NCBI RefSeq assembly: GCF_964355755.1
Contig: NC_092672.1
Span: 20,039,237-20,103,236 of the forward strand
Direction: 5' to 3'
Origin: Antedon mediterranea
Taxonomy: Eukaryota > Animalia > Echinodermata
Length of the DNA stretch: 64,000 nucleotides
The notes under the pieces were generated by a model. It was given only the letters and a program-made list of their open reading frames with translations, ran no database searches and was not told the DNA's origin. The translations under genes and the position numbers were made by a program. Position 1 is the stretch's first letter. Each line of letters starts with the position of its first letter. Shown one piece after another: positions 28,301 to 43,300 of the stretch.

Positions 28301-31300
28301 TATTGATCAAAGATGCTAGTTGTACTGAATATTTTAGTAATGACATGTTTTATTCATCATTTTTAGTAATAAATTTTGCCATACTCTCTTTTATTGTCAA
28401 CACACTACCAACTCCGTCCACCACCTCCTCATCATTAAATAGTGAAGAGCAATGATATTAAAGGATGTAATATAGACCCATTTTTAGTTTGTGCTTATTT
28501 TTTCCATAATACAATACAAGGGCCTATACATTTTATATTACACAGTGCCCTCACTCATCATTTATTTCTTTTTTTGTTCACACTTTTAGTACCAGTGTAC
28601 TGTTCAATAAAGGCCAACAAATCTGTAAAAAATTTAATTAAATTAAATTTTTTAGACCTTTTTTACGAAACACATTTTAATTGAAATAGCATTTAAAATA
28701 AAAGAAAAACAATTACCAGCATTAAACTAGAAGATGATTTCATTTCATTATTCGGTCTATTTCAGTATATGCATAAAAAAAACCTGAAGTTGGGGAGACC
28801 AGGGTCAACCTACAGTAATTAGTGAACTTAATCACTGAGCTATACGTTAATATTTGTTGTCTCAGTCTAATTTGGCATTTTTAGTCATGTGCAAATGAGA
28901 CTCTATAGCTCACTATGTCGGTCGGTAGGTCGGTCGGTAAACTCTAACTCAAATTTGCGCATGTGACTGCAGCCATGTATATGGCCTTGTTAATCATCTA
29001 TTTAAATAATAATAAATACAACATAGTATAAAACTGACTCCAAATAACGAGAAGCAAGCCATGATTCAACGTTTCGATCTTTATTTTATCATCATCAGGA
29101 ATGATTACAAAATGTAAGCATTATTGTTATTATTATGGAATGTTTTATTAAATAGGTAACAGCAGTGAGCACCAGTGCTGTGCACAGTCTGTAGTATAAT
29201 TAAAATGATTCCATCTTCTATCATTGTTATATTTATTCATCTTCTTCTTCATTATAAGACAATAACAAACAAACTCGTTTAAATATAAATCTACCCACTG
29301 TAATGTTGGTGTTGCTACAGTTGTTCATACTTTAGAACAATGACAGATTATCAATGCTTACTTTATAGCATTCATTCAAGTATAAGCAATAATGTCAACA
29401 GTATACTATTTGAAGATCACAATATAAATAGATCAACTTTATTTTTATGATTTTGTAAAGCTTAATATTTGTTAACAGACTGTTCTTTATTTATCCACAA
29501 AATAGCAAAGATTAAAAATAAACTTGTTTCAAAAATGAAAAAAATTTAAAACATTGATCGTTCCTTAAGTTGGTCATTGACACTATTTTAACTAAAATAA
29601 CTAACTAAAATTTAAAGTTTAGTTAGCAAAGTTCAAAAGGATGAATTAAAACACCTAATAAAAACCTTAAAAAGAGGCTACGAGGATGCTTGTTTTAATT
29701 GTCTTACCATTATTGAATAAATGTTATTGAATTGAAATTAAATTGAATTGAATTAACAGCCACCACATATTATAATATACATTAATGACAAAATATGATG
29801 TTTTAATTAAGTTTAACTAAAAATGAAAAACTACAATGTGTATTCCCTTTGCGTACTGATCAGCCATTTTTTATTGTTGCAAGGTTTCAAAATGATGCAA
29901 TGAACTTTACTCCGTCCATTGGATTGAATGTTAAATCGACCAAATATAAGTCCTGATAATGAACAGAACAGAGTATGCTCAGTATAATGTGCATAAGCAT
30001 GCGCAGATTAATATTTTGTGTAGATTACCGTGATCCTTTCATCTACCGTCCACCTTTGTCTACCATACTGTCATAAAGTCAACTACCACTATTTCAAAGG
30101 ATAACATTTTTAGCATAATTATTTTTTTTGTTAAATGGCTGCATAATTAGTTATCCACACCTTGGAGGATAACTCCTTGTGATTGTATAAAATGATCATC
30201 AACTTTTTTTATCTGTATTATTCTTCTTTCATTCCACATTTCATAACTTCGTAAAGTTGTGCACCTACTATTTTTTTAAAACGTCAGAGTTACGCAACAT
30301 GACTTTCGCCCGATTTTATGAATTTAAATGATTGATCATATATCAAAAAACCAAACGTCATTTTGTATTGACACTTTTTAAATTTAAGTCATATCAAGAG
30401 TCAACTTTCTATGGATTAAAAATGGCATGTTTCACAAAGTTACGCGCACAAGATTTCTTACAACCAACACCTGCACTTGCTGTAACTTAATTCGTATTCT
30501 CAGTTTGTGAACTTAATTCTCTTGAATTTTTCATTATTTAAGCCTTAAAAGAATTGAAAAGTCAATTAAACCATATCAACTTTTATTTTAATGACTTACT
30601 GATTTTGATTTTAACATTATGGCTATAACTCATACATGCTGATTGCCTTCTTAACCCTCTTTCACATTGACTTTTCTTTTTATTGTACAAGTTCCCACAA
30701 CCTTAATCATTAATCACCTTTACAAATTTCAATATAAATTTACCTCCTGGTTCATCCTGTTTTTCATCACTGTTTTATGTATGTTTACGTTTTTTTCCCT
30801 TGTACTCTATACGCACAAACATGCCTATTATATTATTCTTAATGTATATATAGTATAAGCCCATGGAGTAATTTATAATTCTTCCGTAAGCTTCCTAATT
30901 ACATGTAAAGATAATAACAGCGTCACATTTTGTATCTAATTTGTTTTGTGTATTTCAGTTATAAACGGCTACTACTGTAGGAAACATTTTTTTGTACTGT
31001 ACAGTAATTATTAATTTAAATAATAATATTTATTATTTGCATATCTACGGATGTACCATCAATTTCAAAATTCTTTTCAATTCAATATGTTCTATCAATA
31101 CTTTTGAATTCATAAATAAAGTGTACTTGCTTTTTGAACTTCAGATTAAGGATGATACCTAAACTTACAAGTGTATTTAAAATATACAGTAGTGTAAAAT
31201 ATTCTGTATTTATTTTTGTTACAATGAATGTTACTGACTGCAAACATTCATGCATAGCCTACTTATAATAAGCATTTAGCCTACCAGACGTATATGTTGA

Positions 31301-34300
31301 ACTTTCTTTCAATCCTTTGTATATCAATGGATTAAAACATAGAAAATGAGACTTCAATTGCAACTCTTGCATATAAGTTTAACTACGTCAACGTCGGTGA
31401 GGTTGAAATCTGTTTGTCAGTGGGTCTCACACCCAGCAAAGACGGGTACAGGTGCTAGTAATTTATATGATCAGATCATTTGATATCTGCTGCTTTAAAG
31501 TACAGTTTGATTTAATGTGATCACATCATTTCCCTATTATCATTTGATTTATAATTTTAGATGTAATTTTGTTGTTGTCGTCGTAAAGAATAAAACATCT
31601 TACAATGTTTCTATATTGTGTAGTGAAGATAAACTCCTTTCAGTTCAATATTATAGAAACTATTTTTATCAAGAAAGAGACCATGCCTCGCTCTAAATAG
31701 AGATGCGGTTATGTTGGGGAAAGAGAAAGAACTTTTCAAAATTTAAATAGATAGAGATAATAAATAGAGATAGAATATGAAGCTCATCTGAAAACACTGT
31801 TTTCATCAAGGTCAAATATGCATAAGTTAGAACTCAGATTTAGAATGCTCAGGATATTAATGAGTATCACTGAAATATTTATTAATAAATACAAATGTTG
31901 TTGAATTGTGTTATCCTAATGTCTACTACCAACCTTCATTTAAAATCAATTATTTTTTTAGGTAGATCAAGATCAAATATAGTTCTGACTTGTTAATGGT
32001 CACATGCCAGTATAGTTTATTGGTCTTGCCAGTGATAATGACAAAATATTTATTATTTTGGTCTACTATCACAGTAACACTTGTTATCAATTAATGATAC
32101 TGTATAACATATCAGTGCAATGTCCACTATTGTATTTTAAAAAATCAACAAAAATATATATATATTGTTTTTTTTTTTATTGGATCTGAGAAAGGCATAT
32201 ATTCCTGATCTAAAATTATTTTCACTTTGGGATATTTTTGTAAATTACAACTTTCATAAAAAAATATCATTAAAAAAAAAACAACATTGTATGTCCGAAC
32301 ATAGTGTAAATATGCACATGGTATAAATATATAGTTTGTAAAATGCATCAGAGGTCGTACATTTACAAAATAAAAAGAAAAAAAGGAATTTACATATTTA
32401 TTTATAAAGTGAGTGGCACTAGCCTTAGTCAGTGTAACTCTTTTTTTCTGCTATAAATGAGTTAGGAATAAAATTGTCATGTGACAGAATACCAATGTAA
32501 CATTTTTTTCTTTAAAATCAGTATTTTAACACCTGATGATTATGACCTCTTTCCAGAATGGAAACACTCCACTTCATATACATCTGGCTCGAAGGAATCC
32601 TACATTAGAAATGGTGACCTGTCTCATAAATAAGGGGGCATCAGTGACATCACAAAATAAGGTAATATAATATACACACAATTTTCAGAAATACTGTATG
32701 GCAACAATCTTTCACCTACTCTAGTAAATTATTCTATTCTTTTTTTTCTTTTTTTATATCTGGTTCATCATATAATTAATAATAATGACAATTATTATTA
32801 AATTGTGTGATTTTTGGTAGACCTATTTAAAAAACCATTCCTTCAAAGATGACAATATCTACAATATCTTTTAAACTTTTCGAAATTCCATTGAAATAGT
32901 TCCGGTAAACTTTTCGAAATTCCATTGCCATACTAGTGATCGGAATGTTGTTGTAAACACTTGGACTGTCTAAGAAGCATTTCTTCTTTACAAATTCAAT
33001 CCATTATTAAATTTTACAACAGACTAAGAATCTTTTATCCATTATTTTCCTTACATCTGCATACTTTGCTTAATTTGTATAAGCCTCTTGATTGATTTTA
33101 CATAATAATTTTACAATAGCGTTTTCAGGAGTCTGTTCTCACATAATTGCATTGTCATAAGATGTTTAAACCACTTAAAACCATTTATTCACCTTTGTTT
33201 TATTGTTACCCCCCAATTCTTAACTTGTTTCTTTATATTTACGTTCTTGTACTTTTCTGTTTTTACGTAACATTACCAGGCATCTTTTATTACATACAGT
33301 ACTATTGAATAAACTGATCACATTATGTATCGTTAGATATTCTCATGGACCCTTTTGACAATATAGATGCATTCCCATTTAATCACATTATTGATAATGA
33401 TGAATTCTTGCATGTCATTCACTATTACTTTTGTGACGATAGAATTGACTTTGATAGATTTAATTCTTTAATTTTTAACCTTTTTGATATTAATTTTAAA
33501 GATGTTATTAATGACAACGATGCCCAATTATTTTCCGAAAATATTGAATCTTGTGCCTATGAATATATCGATAGTCTTAACAACAAATATTCAACACAAG
33601 ATTATTCATTTAGTATCTTTCATTTAAACGCACGCAGTCTTGTTAAACATTTTAACGATATCAATGTATGCGTAGGTGCTATTAACCATGAATTCTCAGC
33701 ACTATGCTTCACCGAAACTTTTTTTAATCATAATACGCCTTTTTCCTTTTATAATATTCCCAATTATAACCTCTTGCATGTTTCACGAGCTGATAGACCA
33801 GGAGGAGGCGTTGCCATTTACCTACACCAGAGATTTAAATATATTCTTCGCCCTGATTTATCATTTATCATTACTAATGGTTCGGAATCTCTTTTCATTG
33901 AAATCGATGCACAACCCAAAAACATAATCCTTGGAGTAGTATATCGTTTGCCTGAATTATCCATTAACACATTTAATAAAGATATCTCTAATTTAATTGA
34001 CACCATTAATAATGAGAAAAAAACAGCATATATTTCAGGAGACTTTAATATTAACTTGTTAAATTCCAAAACACATAAAGGTACTTCTGATTTTGTTAAT
34101 ACTTTATTTCAATCAAATTATTATCCTCTTATTACTAGGCCAACTAGAATTACGCGTAATTCTGCAACTTTAATCGACAATATTTTTTGTAATAATCTAT
34201 ACGATAACATTTCTTCCGGAATTCTATATTCGGACATCTCGGATCACTTTCCTGTTTTCTTGTTAGTACATAAATCAGAACCTCTCCAACACCTGAAACC

Positions 34301-37300
34301 TAAATCAAAATATATATACATAAAAAAAGTCAATGATATTTCAATTTCTGCCTTAAGTAATGATTTGTCAAATGTTGACTGGACTAGTATTTATAACTCC
34401 AATGAACCCAATGAGGCATACGCTTTATTCAACGACATATTTAGTACATTATATAATAACAACATTAAAACCACTCGTTCCAGACGAAATATTCGGAAAG
34501 AAAAAAAACCTTGGATAACTAAATGCTTAATTAAATCTATCGACAAAAAACACAAATTATATAAAACATTTCTTATATCTAAAAAGCAAAAGGACAAAGA
34601 TAAATATGTTAAATATCGAAATGTACTTACCAAAATCCTTCGTACTGCCCAAAAGAATTACTTCAGTGACAAATTTGAATTCCATAAAAATAACATCCAA
34701 AAAACCTGGCAAACAATAAATGGAGTCTTTGGCAAGAAATCTCGTAAACCGTTTCCTTCTCACTTTATTAACAATGACATTGAATTAAATAATCCTCAAC
34801 AAATTGCAACTGAATTCAATAATTATTTTACTAGTATAGGGCCAAATTTAGTTAACAAAATACATGTGTCGGATAATGATAATTATACTTCTACCCTACC
34901 TCGTCCATGTGTGCACTCTCTCTTTCTTAGTCCTGTAACCGAACATGAAGTTGTCAGTATAATACTTTCCCTCAAAGATAATAAATCTCCTGGGTTTGAT
35001 GGGTTTTCCAATAAAATTATTAAACGTGTTTCTAATTTTATATGTAAACCCTTAACTCACATTTTTAATACTTATTTTCAAACCGGTATTTTTCCTGATT
35101 CTTTTAAAATAGCTAAAGTCATCCCTATCTACAAGAAAGAAGATCCTCATCATTTCAATAACTACAGACCAATCTCCCTACTTCCTTGTTTCTCAAAATT
35201 AATTGAAAAAATAATGCATAATCGAATTTCTTCCTTTTTAACTAAACATAACATTTTATTTAAAGGCCAATATGGTTTCAGGAAAAAGTATTCAACAGAT
35301 CTTGCTTTATTAGATATTTTTGACAAAATTACAATTGCCCTGAGTAAAAATGAGTTTTCTGTTGGCATTTTCCTTGATTTATCTAAGGCCTTCGATACTA
35401 TTAACCACGATATTTTAATTCATAAACTTTCAAATTACGGTATCAGAGGCCTTCCTTTAAAACTAATTAAAAGCTACCTTTCCAATCGTGTTCAGTTTAC
35501 TTCCTTAAATAATTTTAACTCTTCCTATTCCCGTTTAACCTGTGGTGTTCCCCAAGGATCGATTCTTGGACCACTCTTATTCCTGATTTTTGTTAACGAT
35601 ATACCAAACAGCTCTAAATTACTAAATTTTATCTTATTTGCTGACGACACAAATATTTTTTTCTCTCATCCTAAATTAAATACCTTGTTTAAAATTGTCA
35701 ATGATGAGTTACTTAAAGTTTCAAATTGGCTCAAACACAATAAATTAACTCTTAATACATTCAAAACGAACTATATAATATTTTCTAAACGTAAAATTTC
35801 AAATTCTAACACAATTTTTAGGAGTAACCATAGATGCCTCTCTGACTTGGAAACTACATATAAATAAAATCAGTAATCTAGTTTCTAGAAATGTTGGAAT
35901 ATTGAACAAATTAAAACATATCTTCCCTCAAAAAACCTTATTAACCCTTTATAATACTTTAGTTTTGCCTTACCTTTCTTATGCCAATTTATGTTGGGCA
36001 ATTACTCTAGATAAATTTAATACGTTATGCCCCTGGACAAGTCTAGAGAAAACTCAAATTGACCGCCTTTTTAAACTACAAAAACGTGCACTTCGGATTT
36101 GCGCGGGAGAATCATTTAGAGCCCATACAAAATTACTTTTTAAAAGATTTAACGTTTTAAACATCTATGATTTAAATAAATTACAAGTTGCCTCATTTAT
36201 GTACCGTTTATCTAACAATTTACTGCCTTCACATTTTAATGCTTTATTTACAAGAATTGACGAACGCCATTCCTATAAAACCCGATCCTCTGTTAACAAT
36301 TATATCCTTGATAATTTAAATGTTAAGGCTCGACGATTTTCTATGTATTATTTTGGTCCCAAACTTTGGACTTCACTCTCAAATGAACTTAAACAGAAAT
36401 CTTCCTTTTCTAGTTTTAAATCTAATTTCAAACACAAAATGGTGTCAGAATATGCTACATAATTTTTCGCCGATCTTTTATCCTTATTTATTTGGTGGTG
36501 ATACATGGCATTAAATCCTTCACCCTGGTATTCAATAATCTCCGCTACATTGTATCGTTATACTTGTTATTATACCATATTTAATTATATTTCATATTGT
36601 ACTCTAATTGTTATCATTATCCCTTTTATCATATATTATATAATTGCCTGGCTTATCTTAACTTCTATAATTTAAAATTTTTTTTATTTCTCTATTTTAT
36701 GTACTTTCACTATTATATATTCATATTTTAGTCTACTCTGTAGCAATGTTAGTATACTTAGGCACACGGGAGTCACGACTTAAAGTTCAGTGAACTTACT
36801 GTGACTTCCATCCACCCACATTTAATATATGTTATGTAAATGTAAATGATATATATATATATATATATAAGTGAGTGGAAAAAATAAATAAACGAAACGA
36901 AACGAAACGAAACGAAATTGGAAGATTATGGGTTGTATAATTTATGCTGAGATTTGACCTTATCGGATATTTTGACATCATGAAGTACTGGTAGTGGGTA
37001 GCCGTCCACACCCACCCGTGCTTCATATAAGTTATTTAATATGGGCGTTTAATTTTATAACCTATGCTTCATTATTATACTCTGTAGCCATCTGTATTTC
37101 AATACTGATCTACACATGCGCACAGCTCGAATCTGAATTAAATGAAAGAAAGAATATTTTCCATAATTTGTTATCCAATGAACCATATAATTTTTTAACT
37201 TTGCTTTGTTTCATAAGTAAATTTTATTTTTTGAACAGATGTCGGGATTATTCTCAATTTGCAATTCAATCTAGAAATTGCATTAGGCGCAGGAGCCCCG

Positions 37301-40300
37301 GATAGCGTTACGAAGTCGTTAACTCTGTCAGCCCATGGTCAACCCAACTAATGTGTTTTTCCCAAGGACAACTTATCAATAACTAAACTTTGTCACCACC
37401 CATAAGTGTGCTGTTCATTTCCTATTGACCAATGAACACCAATGTAACTGGACCTGAGTTTCTTGCTATTCGACCTTGGGTGCAAATTATACAATTAATT
37501 GATGTTAAGGCCACTGACTACTCTTTTCTGTATAGAAACACTGAATTGACTGAATAATAAGAAAAGCCTACAATAATTTCTACTACTACTTGATGGTGTT
37601 ATACAAGAACTATATTAAAAGAATTGAATGTATGGAGAATGAAAAGTTAAACGTTATAACTTATATGTAAAACATCACTTAGATGATATCTATCAGATAT
37701 ATCATTTTCTAAAAATTGTTTCATTAGTTAGATTAGAATAGATCACGGAAAACCAATACCAATACTGATCTGGACTCGGAAATTCAAAATGTAGCAGGCA
37801 ACGTTTCACCAATGAAAACTTTCAAGACAAACAAAGTATCATAATTATCATGATATCCATTTTTATTTAATAACGATAAATGGATATAAATATTTCGTCT
37901 TTTTTGTTATTTTGTGATGGAAAATATATTGAGTGAACATTGGCACTGAGCTTAAATGTTCCCCGTCCCCTTAATGTCCGCTTTATAGGAGTGTCCCCTC
38001 AGTAAAGATTTGCTGTTTTGCCCCTTAATAATAAATTATGATGTCCATCTTATCCTCTCAATTTTAATGTGCTACACCCGATAATAGAATACACATCTAG
38101 CTCGTGTGTACTTTAAAGAACCTAGTACATCTTTCGAGACGAGTGGGGGGTTACCCCGGTGTATTATCACAGCCACTGATCACCAACTGGGCCCTCTGGG
38201 AGACCAGTCTTTGACTGAAGAGGTTACCCAGTATAAATATATATTTCAATTCAATTCAATAGAATAACTGTACAGTAGGCTCCCATTTGATGCAATGTGT
38301 TACCCAATGTGCTCAATTTGATTGTGCTACCCAAATCCATGCTATCCATTTGAAATAATTTGCTATCCATTTGAAAGAATGTGCTACCCGATAATCCGTA
38401 TAGAATAATGTACAGTACAATTACATATATCCATTTGATTGTGCTACCTAATGTGCTATCCATTTGAAATAATGTGCTATCCATTTAAAGAATGTGCTAT
38501 CCATTTGAAAGAATGTGCTACCCGATAATCCGTATAGAATAATGTACAGTACAGTACTATATCCATTTGATTGTGCTACCCAATGTGCTATCCATTTGAA
38601 AGAATGTGCTATCCATTTGAAAGAATGTGCTACCCGATAATCCGTATAGAATAATGTACAGTACAATTACATATATCCATTTGATTGTGCTACCTAATGT
38701 GCTATCCATTTGAAATAATGTGCTATCCATTTGAAAGAATGTGCTACCCGATAATCCGTATAGAATAATGTACAGTACAGTACTATATCCATTTGATTGT
38801 GCTACCCAATGTGCTATCCATTTGAAAGAACGTGCTATCCATTTGAAAGAATGTGCTACCCGATAATCCGTATAGAATAATGTACAGTACTATATCCATT
38901 TGATTGTGCTACCTAATGTGCTATCCATTTGAAAGAATGTGCTACCCGATAATCCTTATAGAATAATGTACAGTACTATATCCATTTGACTGTGCTACCT
39001 AATGTGCTATCCATTTGAAAGAATGTGCTACCCGATAATCTGTAGGCTATAGAATAATGTACAGTACAATTATATCCATTTGATTGTGCTACCTAATGTG
39101 CTATCCATTTGAAATAATTTGCTATCCATTTGAAAGAATGTGCTACCCGATAATCCGTATAGAATAATGTACAGTACTATATCCATTTGACTGTGCTACC
39201 TAATGTGCTATCCATTTGAAATATTGTGCTACCCGATATAATCCTTATAGAATAATGTACAGTACTATATCTATTTGATTGTGCTACCCAATGTGCTATC
39301 CATTTGAAATAATGTGCTATCCATTTGAAATAATGTGCTATCCATTTGAAATAATGTGCTATCCATTTGAAATAGGCCTAATGTGCTATCCATTTGAAAG
39401 AATGTGCTACCCGATAATCATAGAATAATGTACAGTACTATATCCATTTGATTGTGCTACCTAATGTGCTATCCATTTGAAATAATGTGCTATCCATTTG
39501 AAATAATTTGCTATCCATTTGAAAGAATGTGCTACCCGATAATCCGTATAGAATAATGTACAGTACTATATCCATTTGACTGTGCTACCTAATGTGCTAT
39601 CCATTTGAAATATTGTGCTACCCGATAATCCTTGTAGAATAATGTACAGTACTCTGGGGCGGATCCAGAGGGGGGGTCCACGGGGTCCGGACCCCCCCTA
39701 AATTTTAAGGGTGCCCTTTTTTTAGAGGTTCAATATTGTATTCGTGTGACATATTTGTGTGTATATTAGTATGCACAGAGTAGGCTACACTAACCCCAAA
39801 AATAAAAACAGAAATTTATCACAATGAGCGCGATGTTAAAGTTACGGCGGCCGATCAAAGAGCATCGTGAGAGGAGGTGACGCGTGATGATCTCTACTTA
39901 AACTTCTAAAAATAGATCGTTTCACATACTACAGAGGGCGCATGTAAACTTTTTACGTTTCAACTCCGCGTACGTTACCATGTGCGCTATGTCATTGACG
40001 CGATTATTTGTCCATTGGTAAACACATTTTTATGTATTATTATTCTGAAAATAATTGAACTGTAAACATAATTCTTTTGAGTATTTGTTTATTTACATAT
40101 CATTCCATCAGATCAACTATTTTTTATTTCCATTACATCCAACCAAACATGTAAAAAATGTAGTTAAAATATCGTACTATCTAGCGCGTACGACCATACG
40201 CGGTAGATTGTTTACTCAAAAATCATCGAACGGTCCTTACACTATTCAGGGAGTTGTAAAATCAACTCCCTGCACTATTCAACCTTGTTTTTGTTGTTGA

Positions 40301-43300
40301 GCCTCTCATGACCTGGGATTTGTTTGTCAAGATAATATAGTTCTACAAGCCATGTGCTTTTTTCTCTGAGAAATATTTATTATAAGTGCCAAAAAAATCG
40401 ATATGAAGCCTTTATTATTCAAATCTTTTAAAGAAAAATCACACATACCATAAAGAAGGTTCATTTATTTCATTTTTTAAACAATATTTGTGAAAATTAC
40501 GTGAGGCTCAACTACAAAACCACCATTTTGTGATATAATGTCATCGTAAGCCAATCAAAGCTGAGCTTTCCCGCGAACGCTTCCCGCGTTCGGCAGAACT
40601 CACGGTTGAATGATTTTGGATTCTGGCTATTTGATTGGTGGACGCGAATCACCCACAGCGGAATGTTTTCTCTCTCGCGTGTGCCAAGAAGTCACGTGAT
40701 CTCTCTGTACTGAACGGTACGACACAAATTTAGAGCAATGAATTTGTACGAATTCCGTAAAATAAACAACTCTATATATTTTATAAACATTTAATAACAT
40801 ATTTTATTGATATTTCCAATGTTGATATATAAAAGAAATTACTATAAAACGTAATTATATGTAATTATTTTAGCGAAAAATGGCGCAATTTATTTACAAC
40901 GTTCGTGGCTAAAAACGATCATTTTCGGCAATGTTTTAGACCCTATATTTCGAAAACTACAACAAGTCAGATTTTCGTAATTCTTTCTTTATTGGAATAT
41001 TGAAACAAAATACCAACAGATAATGTTTAAATTGGTTGAAAAATAACAACTTTTAATTTTGCATCGTTATCCCTGCTAATAAAGTGTCATTTCCGGCGAA
41101 CTAGAAAGGTGCCATTTATCATGGATTTTGCGTGCGAGAGTGCCATTTCCGGCCATCTAAGTGTGTTCTGTAACAAAATTCGCTTCGCCACAACCCCCAC
41201 CATGGGGGGGCTGTGGCTCAAATACTCAATATCTGATGTGCCCTTTTTATCGACGGACCCCCCCTCTCAAAAATGTCTGGATCCGCCCCAGGTACTATAT
41301 CTATTTGATTGTGCTACCCAATGTGCTATCCATTTGAAATAATGTGCTATCCATTTGAAATAATGTGCTATCCATTTGAAATAATGTGCTATCCATTTGA
41401 AAGAATGTGCTATCCATTTGAAAGAATGTGCTATCCATTTGAAAGAATGTGCTATCCGATAATCCGTATAGAATGCACAGTACAGTTATATCATAGTTAT
41501 ATCCATTTGATTGAGCTATCTATTGTGCTATCCGTTTGAACTAATGTGCTGTCTGTTTGAAATAATTCAGGTTTTTTTTTTTTAATATGTTTTGCTATCC
41601 ATTTTAAACGTGCTAAACAAGTTACATATTTGTTGATATAAATTTGCGGTACACCACGTAGGCCTATATTAGTTCTGAAAAGAACTGTTGAGTTGCTTGA
41701 CGTTTTTCGATTTAGGCCTACTCCAAAGTCAAAATCTCCAAAGCTATTCCATCATGCCGTATTCGGGGAATCGCCCACAAGTGTTTTCTCAGAGAAGGGT
41801 ATGTTCTGTATGGGGTTTTGTATGCTATTTTTTAATAATGTACAAAAAATGAAATGAAAAATCATATTAATTATCGGTATGTACGGAGGAAGCTCGAACA
41901 AGACGAAGCGCGAAACAAATAAAAGCGCAGCGCGAAACATCTGAAATGATATAGGCTACAATTTCTCAAAACATGAAAACACAGAATATATTATATTAAT
42001 ATAACTTTTTAATATTTCCAAAGGCTCGGACAAGGAAGAAGGGCCTTAAAAAACTGAATTGCTATATGTTAGACCACATTTCCATAACTTTTCAAAACTC
42101 ATCGAACCCTCTGCTAGTAGGCCTAATTAATATAGGAGCTTATCGCCAAATCATTAGAGAAAAAAAAAACATGGCATGAAGATGTAATTAATCAAACAAC
42201 GGCCAAAGAATACCAACAATTTTAATTTAGGTTTCGATTCGTAATTACTAATGTGGTGGACTAAGCCTAGTTTGAAACTATAGTGACCATTTATTTTAGA
42301 AAGAAAGATAGACAAATTTGTTTCCATCTCCATGTTATTGTAATGTTAATACCAAGGCACTTTTCAATTAAAAATTCTGGCCTAGTATTCTTGCAAGGTC
42401 GTCACAGCTCCAGTTACAAAGGTCGTCACAGCTCCAGTTACAAACGGTGATACAAAGTGTCAATCATTTGACCAGTGAACAGCTCAGCCCACTGGTAGGA
42501 TAGTCCTTGAAACCGTCCGTAAAACACATTAATCACTCACATCAGTCATGCCGCTAATGGTTGAAAACCTCACTTTTTGGGGTTTTCAAACGTAACGCTA
42601 TCCGGGGCTCCTGCGCCTAATGGACATTGAAATCTAAATCATTCAGTGAAATAACTTACAAAAGCAGACCTCCCAACTATGCTGATAATGGCGAAAGCAA
42701 TTTTGAATATACAGAAAAATATTCTGATATTTCTAATCTCTATTAAGACTCTAGATAAGAATAAAAAGAAAATATGCTAAATATCCGCACAACGTTTGTA
42801 ATAAATTCATGTATTGTTTAATAATTGAAATATTGTATTTTCCACCATTTGGCATATTTACTATGATAAATACCAAAACCTTTACATTTCTAGTAGCGCC
42901 CTTTATGGTCTAATGTATTTTTCAAAATATTATAGCGCCCTGTATAGTTTGGACATGATTTCATAAAACCTCCCAATGTATCATTTGATTTGTTGAGAGG
43001 TGACAAACTTATAACAGCCGATTATATAAACTGAATAACAATGTATTTTACTTTACTGTAGTGTATTGTCAGTTATAGGCCTTTTGCTTATTTCATAAAG
43101 ACAATACACATTAAACAATGATTCGATAAAGATTGAAATGTTGAATCATGAATTCCCTAATATTATTGTTGTTGTTGTTGGCGTCTTTGCCGCACCCAAA
43201 ATTTCCAGAAAAAAGGGTGACTATTTTTGGACCAAAATCACTCAAGCGTGACTTGTGTTTTTCACATGGTAATACATGAAATTTGATCACTAAAATGCTT

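Larger units (their letters stand above)
19785..37205 (+). repeat. Segmental duplication copy B (contains ankyrin exon 3)
   Basis: Collinear high-similarity intron blocks, interrupted by different TEs than copy A. Confidence 0.88.
37281..42622. mobile_element. 5.3-kb non-autonomous TIR element, P-element-like termini, with nested inserts
   Basis: Perfect 32-bp TIR cattaggcgcaggagccccggatagcgttacg; CAT...ATG ends; 7-bp flanks gaaattg/gacattg. Confidence 0.78.

Noticed and set aside
23070-29614. Additional ankyrin exons in the unique part of intron 2
   Set aside because: No AG-[D/N]GxTPLH-type exon found by eye; a divergent one could have been missed.
1421-36462. RT ORFs as a retron, DGR or other diversity-generating system acting on the ankyrin exons
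   Set aside because: All have ordinary non-LTR retrotransposon hallmarks (APE, tails, 5' truncation), and the exon differences are not adenine-specific.
38251-41539. Repetitive ORFs (MCYPFEI..., MDSTLFQ...)
   Set aside because: By-products of the 21-bp satellite unit.
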